Assembly (NCBI GenBank): GCA_019637155.1
Contig: JAHBWE010000017.1
Coordinates: 147,627-211,626, forward strand
From: Labilithrix sp.
GTDB lineage: Bacteria > Myxococcota_A > Polyangia > Polyangiales > Polyangiaceae
Direction: 5' to 3'
Length of the DNA: 64,000 nt
The notes below the pieces were generated by a model that saw nothing but the letters and a program-made list of their open reading frames with translations, did no database searches and had not been told where the DNA came from. Position numbers and translations under genes: made by a program. Shown here piece by piece: positions 37,328 through 46,069 of the stretch (its first letter is position 1; each line of letters starts with the position of its first letter).

Positions 37328-38056
37328 ATGCGACCGATGCTGCGCCGGACCTTCCTCTTCGCGTGTCTCGCCCTCGGCGTCTCCTGCAAGAGCACGCCGC
37401 CTTCGAACGAGCGCGATCCCGAAGACGTGAAGCTCGACGCGCAGCGGAAGCCGGACGAGCTCGTCGCGTTCGCCGGCATCAAGCCGGGGATGAAGGTCGC
37501 GGACCTCGCCGCGGGCGGCGGCTACACGACGGAGGTGCTCGCCCGCGCGGTGGGGCCGACCGGCGTGGTGTACGGCATGAACAGCCCGATGATCATCGAG
37601 AAGTACGTGTCGAAGGCGTGGCCGGCGCGGCTCGCGCGGCCGGTGAACAAGAACGTCGTGAAGGTCACGCGCGAGCTCGACGATCCGCTGCCGCCGGAGG
37701 CGAAGGACCTCGACGCGATCGTGATGGTGCTCTTCTACCACGACCTTTACTGGGTCGGGACCGACCGCGCGAAGATGAACGCGAAGCTCCTCGAGGCGCT
37801 CAAGCCCGGCGGCAAGCTCGTCATCGTCGATCACAGCGGCCGCCCGGGCACCGGCTCGAAGGAGGTGGACACGCTCCATCGCATCGAGGAGTCGGTGGTC
37901 CGCGACGACGTGACGAAGGCCGGCTTCAAGCTCGCCGGCGAAGCGGCTTTCCTCCGCAACCCGAACGACGCACGCGACTGGAACGCGGCGCCCGGCGCGG
38001 CGGGCGACAAACGCGGCACGAGCGATCGCTTCGTCCTCGCGTTCACGAAGCCTTGA
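37328..38056 (+). CDS. Class I SAM-dependent methyltransferase lipoprotein
   Basis: Lipobox: LFACLALGVSC. VADLAAGGGYTTEVLA is SAM motif I. Confidence 0.8.
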   Translation: MRPMLRRTFLFACLALGVSCKSTPPSNERDPEDVKLDAQRKPDELVAFAGIKPGMKVADLAAGGGYTTEVLARAVGPTGVVYGMNSPMIIEKYVSKAWPARLARPVNKNVVKVTRELDDPLPPEAKDLDAIVMVLFYHDLYWVGTDRAKMNAKLLEALKPGGKLVIVDHSGRPGTGSKEVDTLHRIEESVVRDDVTKAGFKLAGEAAFLRNPNDARDWNAAPGAAGDKRGTSDRFVLAFTKP

Positions 38057-38125
38057 GCCGCTCCGGCGACGCGATCGACAAGCCGGATCACTTTTCTTCG
38101 GCGCGCGTGGTAGCGTGCCGCCTGC

Positions 38126-39016
38126 ATGCCCGGAGAAGAGGCTCGCGCCCGCGAAATCGTCACGCGTTTGAGCGCTGGAACAGCGACCTCGGACGAGGTC
38201 TTCGCCGCGTTCGAGGAGCTCGACCGACTCCCGGCGGAGGTCGTCCGTCAGGCCCTCGAGCCGTGGACCGGCCCCGCGCCGGACGTCGAGCGCCTCGACG
38301 ACACGATGCGGCGCCTCCATCGTCTCCCGCCGCGCACGCCCGCGCTCGAGACGCTCGCCTCCGTCCGCGACGCCGACGTCCTCGATCTCGGGCCCGTCGC
38401 GGAGGCGCAGCTCCGCATCGCGGGGAAGACGTGGGACGGGCAAGACCTCGAGCCGGAGGAGCGCCTCGACGGCGAGCGCGACGACTCGTTCGCCGGCACG
38501 CTGGAGCGCCGCGTCCTCGGCGAGGGCGGCCGTCCGCTCTTCGACGTCATGCTCTTCGGCGAAGGCTCCGGCGTCATCTTCGCCGCCGATCGCACCGACG
38601 TCGCCGGCGTCCTGGTCGACCACCGCGTCGAGATGCGCGACCGCGCCGCGCGCACCGCGCTGGAGCAAGCGCTCACACGCGCCCCGTCGATCCCGGCGCC
38701 CGTCTCGGTCTCCGAGGCGATCACGCTCCGCCGCCCGACCACCCAGCTCGAGCTCGAGCTAACGCCAACCCCCGAGCCCGAGCCCGAGCCTGAGCCTGAG
38801 CCTACGGCGAAGCCTAAGAAGAAGGCCGCAGCCGCACCGAAGAAGAAGGCGACGACCGCCAAGAAGAAGACCGCCGCAGCCGCCGCACCGAAGAAGAAGA
38901 CGAAGGCCGCCGCGGAGGCGGAAGCGGAGGCTGCGCCCCCCGCGAAGAAGAAGGCGGCGGCGAAGAAGACGACCGCCAAGAAGAAGACGAGCGCGAAGAA
39001 GAAGGCCGCGGACTGA
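38126..39016 (+). CDS. Hypothetical protein with C-terminal histone-H1-like Lys/Ala-rich tail
   Basis: The N-terminal ~200 aa are of unknown function, then PEPEPEPEPEP, then AKPKKKAAAAPKKKATTAKKKTAAAAAPKKKTKAAA...AKKKTSAKKKAAD. Confidence 0.65.
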   Translation: MPGEEARAREIVTRLSAGTATSDEVFAAFEELDRLPAEVVRQALEPWTGPAPDVERLDDTMRRLHRLPPRTPALETLASVRDADVLDLGPVAEAQLRIAGKTWDGQDLEPEERLDGERDDSFAGTLERRVLGEGGRPLFDVMLFGEGSGVIFAADRTDVAGVLVDHRVEMRDRAARTALEQALTRAPSIPAPVSVSEAITLRRPTTQLELELTPTPEPEPEPEPEPTAKPKKKAAAAPKKKATTAKKKTAAAAAPKKKTKAAAEAEAEAAPPAKKKAAAKKTTAKKKTSAKKKAAD

Positions 39017-39090
39017 TCCTCGCGGCGCCGGAGGGCCGCGGGCTTTGCGCCCTCGTGGCGTCGCGGAGCTGCGGCCCTGTGCACCTTCAA

Positions 39091-39203
39091 CTGCGAGCCC
39101 GAACCCAAACCTGCGCGCGGCCCTCGTACCTCCCACCGCGAGCCCAACCCCAAACCTGCGCGCGTCCCTCGTGCCTTCCACCGCGGGCCGAAACCTTGCG
39201 CGG
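39091..39203. repeat. Roughly 46-bp imperfect tandem direct repeat (about 2.5 copies) in an intergenic region
   Basis: ctgcgagcccgaacccaaacctgcgcgcggccctcgtacctcccac / cgcgagcccaaccccaaacctgcgcgcgtccctcgtgccttccac / cgcgggccgaaaccttgcgcgg. Confidence 0.6.
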
Positions 39204-39258
39204 TCGGCGTGCGTCCGCGCCGCGCCGCGTCGCCGGGCGCTATGCTGCATGGGTGGAC

Positions 39259-39576
39259 ATGCTCGTGTGGGTCGCGGTTGTCGCTGGGGTGCTCGGCGCG
39301 CTCTACGTTGCCGCGACGCGGGCGATCACGGTGTGTGAGCTCGCGATCGAGGACGGGGCGGTGCGCGTCGTTCGCGGCGGGGTCGCTCCGCCGATCCTCG
39401 CCGATCTCCGCGACGTCGCGCGCACGCCGAAGATCGCGCGGCTCCGCGTGCGCATCGTCCGCTCGTCTGGGCGCGCCGAGGTGCAGCTGCGCGGTGACGT
39501 GCCGGCGCCGCAGGCGCAGCGCATCCGCAACGTCGTCGGGAGCGTCCCGCTCGCGCGCCTCGCCAACTCGCGCTAG
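39259..39576 (+). CDS. DUF3634 family small membrane protein
   Basis: MLVWVAVVAGVLGALYVAATRAITVCELAIEDGAVRVVRGGV...RIRNVVGSVPLARL matches the DUF3634 pattern. Confidence 0.6.
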   Translation: MLVWVAVVAGVLGALYVAATRAITVCELAIEDGAVRVVRGGVAPPILADLRDVARTPKIARLRVRIVRSSGRAEVQLRGDVPAPQAQRIRNVVGSVPLARLANSR

Positions 39577-40826
39577 CGGAGCGCGAGGCCGGTTGCGACG
39601 GAGATGAGCTCGCCGCCGGCGCGGATGCGAGAGACGCCGAAGCGGTCCTCGAAGATGCGGCGCACCGCGGGGACGAAGGAGCTGCCGCCGGTGAGGAACA
39701 CCTGGTCGACGTCCTTGCGGTCCACCCCCGCGCGATCGAGGAGGCGATCGACGCACGACGCCATCGTCGCCATGTCCTCCGCGATCCACTCCTCGAACTG
39801 CGCCCGCGTGACGGCGACGTCGATCGCCACCGGATCGTCCGCGAACGTGAAGCGTGCCTCCGTCGCGCTCGACAGCGCGACCTTCGTCCGCTCGACCGCG
39901 CGATAGAGGTGATACCCGAGGTCGTTCTCGATCACGTGGAGGAGCGCGCGGATCGGCGCGCGGTCGCGCGTCTGGCTCGCGATACCCTCCAGCAAATCGA
40001 TGTTCTTCTTGCTCTTCAAAAAAGAGAAATGGTGCCAGCGGAGCAATCGCGAATAGATCCACACCGGCACCGGTAGGTCCTTTTCGCCCATCAATGCCCG
40101 ATACGTAATGCCCATTCCGAGCTCGGGCGCCACGAGCTTCTTCATCAAATGAGCGTCGAGCGCGTCACCGGCGATCCCGACGCCGTCGTTCCCGAGGATG
40201 CGCCCCGCGCCGAGGTGGCGCTGCCCCGGACCGACGCGCACGAGCGAGAAGTCGCTCGTGCCGCCGCCGAAGTCGGCGATGAGCACGAGCTCGTCGTGGT
40301 CGAGCTGCGTCTCGTAGTAATGCGCCGCCGCGACCGGCTCGTATTCGAGCTCGACGTCGTCCCACCCCGCCGCCGCGAGCGCCGCGCGCAGCCGCTCGAC
40401 CGCGAGCGCTTCGTCCTCGCTCCCCTTCTCGCTCGCGAAGTGGACCGGCCGCCCCACCACCGCGCGCGTGCCGAGCGGCCCGAGGTCCGACTCCGCCGCC
40501 GCCCGCAGCTCGCGGAGGAGCGTCGCGAGCAGATCGACCAGCGACGTCGTGCGCCCGAAGATGCTCGTCGCCTGGAAGGTGCGGTCCGCGAGGTACGACT
40601 TCATCGACTGGATGAGCCGGCCGTCGCCCTCCGCCGCGAGGTAGCCGTCGATCGCGCGCGGCCCACCGACCGGCCGCTGGCCCGACCGGAAATAGAGGAT
40701 CGAGCGGAACGTCTCCGTCGCGCCGGCCGAGGACGTGTAGCGCGCGAGCCGGACGGGCGCCTTCGCCTCGTCGTCGATGACCGCGACGGCGCTGTTGGTG
40801 GTTCCGATGTCGAGCCCGACGCGCAT
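39573..40826 (-). CDS. Hsp70 family protein (YegD-like actin-fold ATPase)
   Basis: MRVGLDIGTTNSAVAV is the phosphate-1 motif; ADFGGGTSDFSLV is phosphate-2. The stop overlaps the DUF3634 stop in a convergent CTAG. Confidence 0.85.
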   Translation of the reverse strand: MRVGLDIGTTNSAVAVIDDEAKAPVRLARYTSSAGATETFRSILYFRSGQRPVGGPRAIDGYLAAEGDGRLIQSMKSYLADRTFQATSIFGRTTSLVDLLATLLRELRAAAESDLGPLGTRAVVGRPVHFASEKGSEDEALAVERLRAALAAAGWDDVELEYEPVAAAHYYETQLDHDELVLIADFGGGTSDFSLVRVGPGQRHLGAGRILGNDGVGIAGDALDAHLMKKLVAPELGMGITYRALMGEKDLPVPVWIYSRLLRWHHFSFLKSKKNIDLLEGIASQTRDRAPIRALLHVIENDLGYHLYRAVERTKVALSSATEARFTFADDPVAIDVAVTRAQFEEWIAEDMATMASCVDRLLDRAGVDRKDVDQVFLTGGSSFVPAVRRIFEDRFGVSRIRAGGELISVATGLALR

Positions 40827-40838
40827 CGCCGCGCGAGC

Positions 40839-41741
40839 TTATCGCATCAAGCGGAGGAGGAGCAGGATCGGCGCCGCGCACGCCGCCGCGGCGAGGGCGG
40901 GCGCCATGCCGAAGCGCAGCGCCGACACGACGTCGAGCACGATCAGCGCGAGCGCGGCGTGGCCGAAGAGCGCACGGCCGCCGATCGAGCCCCGCCGCAG
41001 CGACGGCGCGCTCGCCGCCATGACGAGGCCGGCCGCGAGGACGCCGTACGCGACGGCGCGCGCGCCGCCGGCGAGCGGGACGCCCTCGAGCGTGCGGCCG
41101 CGCCACAGCTCGAACATGACCGTGCCCGCGGTCGCGAGGCCGTTCACGAGGCCCAGCGCGACGACCCACCGCCGCTGCGGCGGCGCGCTCGGGAGCGCGT
41201 CGGCGCGGCGCGCCTCGCCCTCGTCGTGGAGCCGGCGCCGCTCGGAGCTCAGGCCGCCGCGCGGGATCCCCAGCCGCGCGCGGAGATCGCCGAGCGGGAT
41301 GTCGAGCACCGGATCGACGCTCGGGACCGATCGATAGAGGGCGCGCGCGCCGGCGCGGCGGGCGTGCAGGAACGCGCGCAGCGTGCGCACCGGCGCGAGG
41401 GCGAAGCCGACGAGCACGGCGACGACGTTGAGCGCGTAGACGACCGGCGTCCGGCACCCGCCGACGAGCTCGAAGGCGCCGATCTCCGCCTCGCCGACGA
41501 GGTCGGTGCCGTAGCCGGTCGCGACGTGATGCAGGTCGTGGAGCGGGATCGCCCACTTGCGATCGGACGAATTCGTGAAGGTGTACTTGCGGCCGAACGC
41601 TTCGACGTCGAAGGTGTCCGCGGTGTAGCCGCCGACGTCGAAGCCGTTCTCCTCGAGGTAGGCGTCACGCGCGGCGCGGACGGAGAGCGAGGACGGGAGC
41701 GGGCGGCGGTTCTCGGAATGGGAGTAGACGGCGGGGATCAT
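40839..41741 (-). CDS. Coq4 family protein (HDxxH-x11-E zinc motif) with C-terminal TM extension
   Basis: IPLHDLHHVATGYGTDLVGEAEI is the Coq4 HDxxH...E signature. Four hydrophobic helices at the C-terminus. Confidence 0.6.
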   Translation of the reverse strand: MIPAVYSHSENRRPLPSSLSVRAARDAYLEENGFDVGGYTADTFDVEAFGRKYTFTNSSDRKWAIPLHDLHHVATGYGTDLVGEAEIGAFELVGGCRTPVVYALNVVAVLVGFALAPVRTLRAFLHARRAGARALYRSVPSVDPVLDIPLGDLRARLGIPRGGLSSERRRLHDEGEARRADALPSAPPQRRWVVALGLVNGLATAGTVMFELWRGRTLEGVPLAGGARAVAYGVLAAGLVMAASAPSLRRGSIGGRALFGHAALALIVLDVVSALRFGMAPALAAAACAAPILLLLRLMR

Positions 41742-41780
41742 CGACCGTACGTCCGCAGACGCGGGGCGGGACCCGACACG

Positions 41781-43223
41781 TCATTCGCTCATTTTCTTCG
41801 CGACGATCGGCGTCTGCCAGAAGACGACCGGTATCGCCGCGGAAAGACAGAGCAATGCACCGAAGCCTGGCGCCGCCCAAGCCGGGTAGATCGTCGCCGC
41901 GCCGATGTAGACGACGCAGAAGAGCGGGACGAGCCCCATCCACCGCTCGGTCGTGATCGCTGCGTACGTGAGGAGGATCGCCATCGAGATCGCGTCGCCG
42001 AGGAGGATCTCCTGCCCCGAAGACCCGAGGCGGAGCGCGAAGAGGCGGTGCACGATGAAGCCGATGACCGGGAGGACGAAGAGGAGCGCGATGCGACGGT
42101 TGTAGGCGCTCTCGATCAGCATCCGGCGGAACACGACGCCGACGACGACCATCGCGCCGAACGCGAAGAGCGCGAGGCCGAGGAGCCCCTCCGTCGTCGC
42201 GGAGACCGGCGAGCCCGCCGTCGCGATCCCGGCGATCGTGAGGATCGCGGCCGCGAGGCGTCGCTTGTTCCGCGAGACCGCCGCGTCGGGATCGGCGCCG
42301 ACGACGGCGAGGAGCTCCTCCATCGACGCGAACCTCGCGCTCGGCTCCCGCGCCAGCGCGCGCGCGATCGCGGCGCCGATCTCGGAGGGGACCTCCGACG
42401 CCGGGATCGGCTCGCGCCTCCCCGCGACGACGGCGTCGCGCAGCGCGAGCACGTCTTCGCCCGCGAACGGAGCGCGGTGATAGAGCGCGCGGTGGAGCGC
42501 GACCGCGAACGCGAACTGATCGCTGCGCGCGTCCACCGGCTCGCCGAGGAACTGCTCCGGCGCCATGTAGGCGGGCGTGCCGATCACACCGGCGCCGAAG
42601 TCGACGACGCGCGGCCGAGCGTCCGCGCCGAGGAGCACGTTCTCCGGCTTGAAATCGCGATGGACCACGCCCGCGGCGTGCGCGGCGGCGAGCCCGCGCC
42701 CCGCCGCGGCGAAGACGGAGAGCACCTCCCGCCACGATCGCGGCGGCTCGCGCGCGAGCCACGTCGCGAGCGTCCCGCCCTCGACGAGCTCCATCACGAT
42801 GAAGTCCTCGCCGCCCGCGTGACCGACCTCGTGGATCGCGACCACGTTCGGGTGCACGACCTTCGCGAGCGCGCGCGCCTCCTCGAGCAGCGCCGCGCCG
42901 GCGCCGACGACCTTCACCGCGACGCGGCGATCGAGGCGCGCGTCCTTCGCCTCGTAGACGATCCCCATCCCGCCCGCGCCGATCCGGCGCACGACCTCGA
43001 ACGCGCCGATGCTCCGCGGCTCGAGCTCCGACGCGAGCGTGTCCTCCACGATGCGCTCGGGCGCGACCTGCCCCGCGCGGCGATCGGCCTCGAGCAGCTC
43101 GACGACCTCGCGCCGGAGCGACGCGTCGCCCGCGCACTCGCGATCGAGGAACGGCTCGACCTCGGCGGCGGGGAGGACGACCGCGTCGTCGAACAGCTCC
43201 TCGATCCGCGCCGTGCGCGTCAT
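41781..43223 (-). CDS. Serine/threonine protein kinase with C-terminal polytopic membrane domain
   Basis: Hanks motifs: RRIGAGGMGIVYEA, VAVK, HRDFKPENVLL, DFG, APE. Five to six C-terminal TM helices. The ATG overlaps the ECF sigma stop (ATGA). Confidence 0.85.
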   Translation of the reverse strand: MTRTARIEELFDDAVVLPAAEVEPFLDRECAGDASLRREVVELLEADRRAGQVAPERIVEDTLASELEPRSIGAFEVVRRIGAGGMGIVYEAKDARLDRRVAVKVVGAGAALLEEARALAKVVHPNVVAIHEVGHAGGEDFIVMELVEGGTLATWLAREPPRSWREVLSVFAAAGRGLAAAHAAGVVHRDFKPENVLLGADARPRVVDFGAGVIGTPAYMAPEQFLGEPVDARSDQFAFAVALHRALYHRAPFAGEDVLALRDAVVAGRREPIPASEVPSEIGAAIARALAREPSARFASMEELLAVVGADPDAAVSRNKRRLAAAILTIAGIATAGSPVSATTEGLLGLALFAFGAMVVVGVVFRRMLIESAYNRRIALLFVLPVIGFIVHRLFALRLGSSGQEILLGDAISMAILLTYAAITTERWMGLVPLFCVVYIGAATIYPAWAAPGFGALLCLSAAIPVVFWQTPIVAKKMSE

Positions 43224-43777
43224 GATCCGAGCTCTCGCGCGAGCCAGGCGCGCGCGAAGCGCCACTCTCGCTCGATCGTTCGCGTGCTCACGCCGTGGAG
43301 CTCCGCGATCTCCTCCTCCGTGAGGCCCGCGAACGTGCGGAGCATCGCGACCTCGTGCCGGCGCGGGTGCTCCACCGCGAGCCGCGCCATCACGGCCGAG
43401 AGCGCGAGCACGTCGTCGACCCTGTCCGATCCCGGCGCCGCGATCGAGATCGCCGCGACGTCCTCGTGCTTCGCGCCGCCGCCGCGCTTCTGCGCCGCGC
43501 GGCGGCGCGCGCGGTCGACGACGATGTCATGCATCGCGCGCGCGGCGGCGCCGAAGAAGTGCGCGCGCCCGTTCCAGCCCGGATCGCCGTTCGCGACGAG
43601 CCCGAGGTAGGCCTCGTGGACGAGCGCGGTGGGCTGGAGCGTGGCCCCCGGCGCCGCACGCGCGAGGCGCACGGCCGCGAGGCGCCGGAGCTCGGAGTAC
43701 ACGAGCGGCAGGAGCTGCTCGGCCGCGATGCCCGTCATCGGATCGCCGGCCAGGATACTCCGTATGCTGTCCGGCAT
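43220..43777 (-). CDS. ECF-type sigma-70 family RNA polymerase sigma factor
   Basis: Region 2: ALVHEAYLGLV. Region 4 HTH: LTEEEIAELHGVSTRTIEREWRFARAWL. Directly coupled to the downstream STK, an ECF-STK pairing. The alternative start is the ATG at 43738. Confidence 0.8.
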   Translation of the reverse strand: MPDSIRSILAGDPMTGIAAEQLLPLVYSELRRLAAVRLARAAPGATLQPTALVHEAYLGLVANGDPGWNGRAHFFGAAARAMHDIVVDRARRRAAQKRGGGAKHEDVAAISIAAPGSDRVDDVLALSAVMARLAVEHPRRHEVAMLRTFAGLTEEEIAELHGVSTRTIEREWRFARAWLARELGS

Positions 43778-44459
43778 GAATCAAGGTCCGACGTGGCTCT
43801 ACCTCCACGGCTTCGCGTCGAGCCCGGCGTCGAACAAAGCGCGCGCGTTCGTGAAGTGGGGCGAGGAGCACGGCCTCGCGGTGCGCGCGCTCGATCTCCG
43901 GGTCCCGTCGCTCGAGCACCTCCGCTTCTCGAGCATCCTCCTCCGCGTGCGCGCGGAGATCGGAGCGGAGGACCGCGTCGTGCTCATCGGCTCGAGCCTC
44001 GGCGGGCTCACCGCGTGCCGCGTCGCCGAGGTCGAACCGCGCGTCTGCGCGCTCTTCCTGATGGCCCCCGCGTTCCGGCTCGCGGAGCGATGGCGCGCGC
44101 GGCTCGGCGAAGACGCGTGGCGGCGGTGGAAGGAGCAGGACGCGCTCGAGGTGCCCGACCACGCTACCGGCAAGACGACCTTCGTCGACCACGGCTTCGT
44201 CGCCGAGCTCGAGGCGCTCGACGTGGGCTTCCCCGACGTCCGCGTGCCTACGTGCATCGTGCATGGAACGAAGGACGATGTCGTCGACGTGGAGCTCTCC
44301 CGCGCGTGGGCGCGCGACCGGCGACACGTGCGCCTCGTCGAGGTCGACGACGGCCACGAGCTCGCGCGCTCGGTGCCGCGCATCCTCGCGGAGGCAACGG
44401 CGTTCTTCGCGCCGTTCGGCGTTCAGGCGGCGTCGGAGAACCGCTCGATCACGCGGTGA
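43776..44459 (+). CDS. YqiA/YcfP-like alpha/beta hydrolase (esterase)
   Basis: MNQGPTWLYLHGFASSPASNKA...LIGSSLGG (GxSxG)...CIVHGTKDDVV. I trimmed the start to the ATG at 43776. Confidence 0.75.
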   Translation: MNQGPTWLYLHGFASSPASNKARAFVKWGEEHGLAVRALDLRVPSLEHLRFSSILLRVRAEIGAEDRVVLIGSSLGGLTACRVAEVEPRVCALFLMAPAFRLAERWRARLGEDAWRRWKEQDALEVPDHATGKTTFVDHGFVAELEALDVGFPDVRVPTCIVHGTKDDVVDVELSRAWARDRRHVRLVEVDDGHELARSVPRILAEATAFFAPFGVQAASENRSITR

Positions 44460-45016
44460 ACGAGGCCGTACGCGCGGGCCTCGCTCGCGTTCATCCAGAA
44501 GTTGCGATCGGTGTCGCGTACGATCTTGTCGTACGGCTGCCCCGTCGCGGCGGAGAAGATGCGGTTCAGCCGCTCCCGCATCTGGACGATCTGCGCCGCC
44601 TCGATCTCGATGTCGGACGCGTTCCCGCCCATCCCGCCGAGCGGCTGATGGAGCATGAAGCGCGTGTTCGGGAGCGCGAACCGGTTCTCCTTCTTCGCCG
44701 CGCAGTAGATCAGCGCGCCCGCGCTCGCGACCCAGCCGGTCCCGATCATGACGACGTCGGGCGCCACCGCGCGCACGAGGTCGAAGATCGTGTCCCCCGC
44801 CTCGACGTGCCCGCCCTGCGAGTGGACGAGCATCCGGATCGGCTCGTCGCTCGCGGCCGCGAGGGCGACGAGCTGAGCCGAGACCGAACGGGCGAGCTTG
44901 GTGTCGACCTCGCCGTAGACGAGCACGGTGCGCGACGAGAAGAGCGCCTCCGCTGCTCGTCCGAGGAACGCGTCCGCCTCCTTGACGACTTCCTGCTGGG
45001 GCATGGCGGAGAGCAT
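44423..45016 (-). CDS. ClpP-family serine protease (Clp protease proteolytic subunit-like)
   Basis: VHSQGGHVEAGDTIFD...GWVASAGALIY...FMLHQPLGGMGGNASDIEIEA...RDTDRNFWMNASEARAYGLV. The start coordinate is approximate (±1 codon); the alternative ATG is about 12 nt downstream. Confidence 0.7.
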   Translation of the reverse strand: MLSAMPQQEVVKEADAFLGRAAEALFSSRTVLVYGEVDTKLARSVSAQLVALAAASDEPIRMLVHSQGGHVEAGDTIFDLVRAVAPDVVMIGTGWVASAGALIYCAAKKENRFALPNTRFMLHQPLGGMGGNASDIEIEAAQIVQMRERLNRIFSAATGQPYDKIVRDTDRNFWMNASEARAYGLVHRVIERFSDAA

Positions 45017-45106
45017 CGTCCGCTTCCCGGCGCGGGCCCATGTCCGATCGTCTCGATCTTCGGGCCAGGCGTGGACCGCGGCCGTGGTTCGAGCCATCCT
45101 GGACCC

Positions 45107-45484
45107 ATGGACCTCCCGCTCGTACCGCCGGCCTCGCTCCCGCACGTCGCGCGCGCGCTCGACGCGATGCGCGCCGATCCCGCCCGCCGCTGGACCGTCG
45201 CGGAGCTCGCGCGCCGCGCGGGCCTCTCGCGCGCGGCGTTCGCCCGGCGCTTCAAGGAGGCGACCGGCATCTCGCCGCTGCGCTGGCTCGCCGAGCATCG
45301 CCTCACGCTCGCGGCGGAGCGGCTCCGCACGTCGGGCCTCACGCTCGCGCGCGTCGCGGCCCTCGTCGGCTACGCCTGCGAGTTCGCGTTCGCGAAGGCG
45401 TTCAAGCGCGCGTACGGCCTGCCGCCCGGCGTCTACCGCCGCCGCGCCCGCACCGCGGCCCCGGCCTTCCGCGCCGCCGCCTGA
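45107..45484 (+). CDS. AraC-type HTH domain protein (DNA-binding domain only)
   Basis: WTVAELARRAGLSRAAFARRFKEATGISPLRWLAEHRLTLAAERLRTSGLTLARVAALVGYACEFAFAKAFKRAYGLPP covers the two AraC HTH repeats. There is no N-terminal ligand domain. Confidence 0.6.
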   Translation: MDLPLVPPASLPHVARALDAMRADPARRWTVAELARRAGLSRAAFARRFKEATGISPLRWLAEHRLTLAAERLRTSGLTLARVAALVGYACEFAFAKAFKRAYGLPPGVYRRRARTAAPAFRAAA

Positions 45485-45490
45485 CGAGGC

Positions 45491-46051
45491 TCACGGAAGC
45501 CACGTTTTTCCTGTCTCGCAGCTGACGTGCTTCATCGCGAGCCGGCCGGCGGCGAGCTCCATCACGCCGAAGACGATCGGGAGGTGGAACCGGCGCGGGC
45601 CGATCGAGCCCGGGTTGAAGACGCCGAGGTCCTTGTCCCGCCCGATGAACGGGACGTGCGAGTGGCCGCAGACGACGAGCTGCGCGTGCTCGCTCTTCGC
45701 GAGGCGCGCGGCGTCGGCGCGGAGCTTCGGGCCGTTCACCGCGATGTGGAGGAGGAGCAGCGTGAAGAGCTTCGCGTCGCCGTCGACGAAGTCGAGCGTG
45801 ACCGCGTCCGGCAGCGCGTGGGCGTCGATGTTGCCACGCACCGCGACGGTGGGCGCGATCTTCGCGAAGTCGTCGACGACGGAGAGCGCGCCGATGTCGC
45901 CGGCGTGGAGGATGAGGTCCGGCTCCTCCGCCGCGACGAGCTCGGCCGCGCGCGGGTGCGGCTCGCTGTGCGTGTCGGCGATCACGGCGACCTTCACCGC
46001 GCCGTTCGACACGGGCACCGTCTGCCGCCGGCGGTCCTTCAACGCGTACAC
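45491..46051 (-). CDS. Metallophosphoesterase (YfcE/MJ0936-like phosphodiesterase)
   Basis: VKVAVIADTHS...LILHAGDIG...VRGNID...VVCGHSH. GTG start at 46051; the alternative GTG is at 45994. Confidence 0.8.
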   Translation of the reverse strand: MYALKDRRRQTVPVSNGAVKVAVIADTHSEPHPRAAELVAAEEPDLILHAGDIGALSVVDDFAKIAPTVAVRGNIDAHALPDAVTLDFVDGDAKLFTLLLLHIAVNGPKLRADAARLAKSEHAQLVVCGHSHVPFIGRDKDLGVFNPGSIGPRRFHLPIVFGVMELAAGRLAMKHVSCETGKTWLP

Positions 46052-46069
46052 GACGCCGAGGATACGCCG

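Noticed and set aside
40149-43610. 1153-aa plus-strand ORF across the Coq4, STK and sigma region
   Set aside because: Extreme Arg/Asp/Glu composition with no motifs, and antisense to three well-supported minus-strand genes.
43295-45484. 729-aa plus-strand ORF spanning the YqiA and ClpP region
   Set aside because: Only its last 125 codons (the AraC HTH, from the ATG at 45107) look like a real protein. The rest is antisense or Arg-rich.
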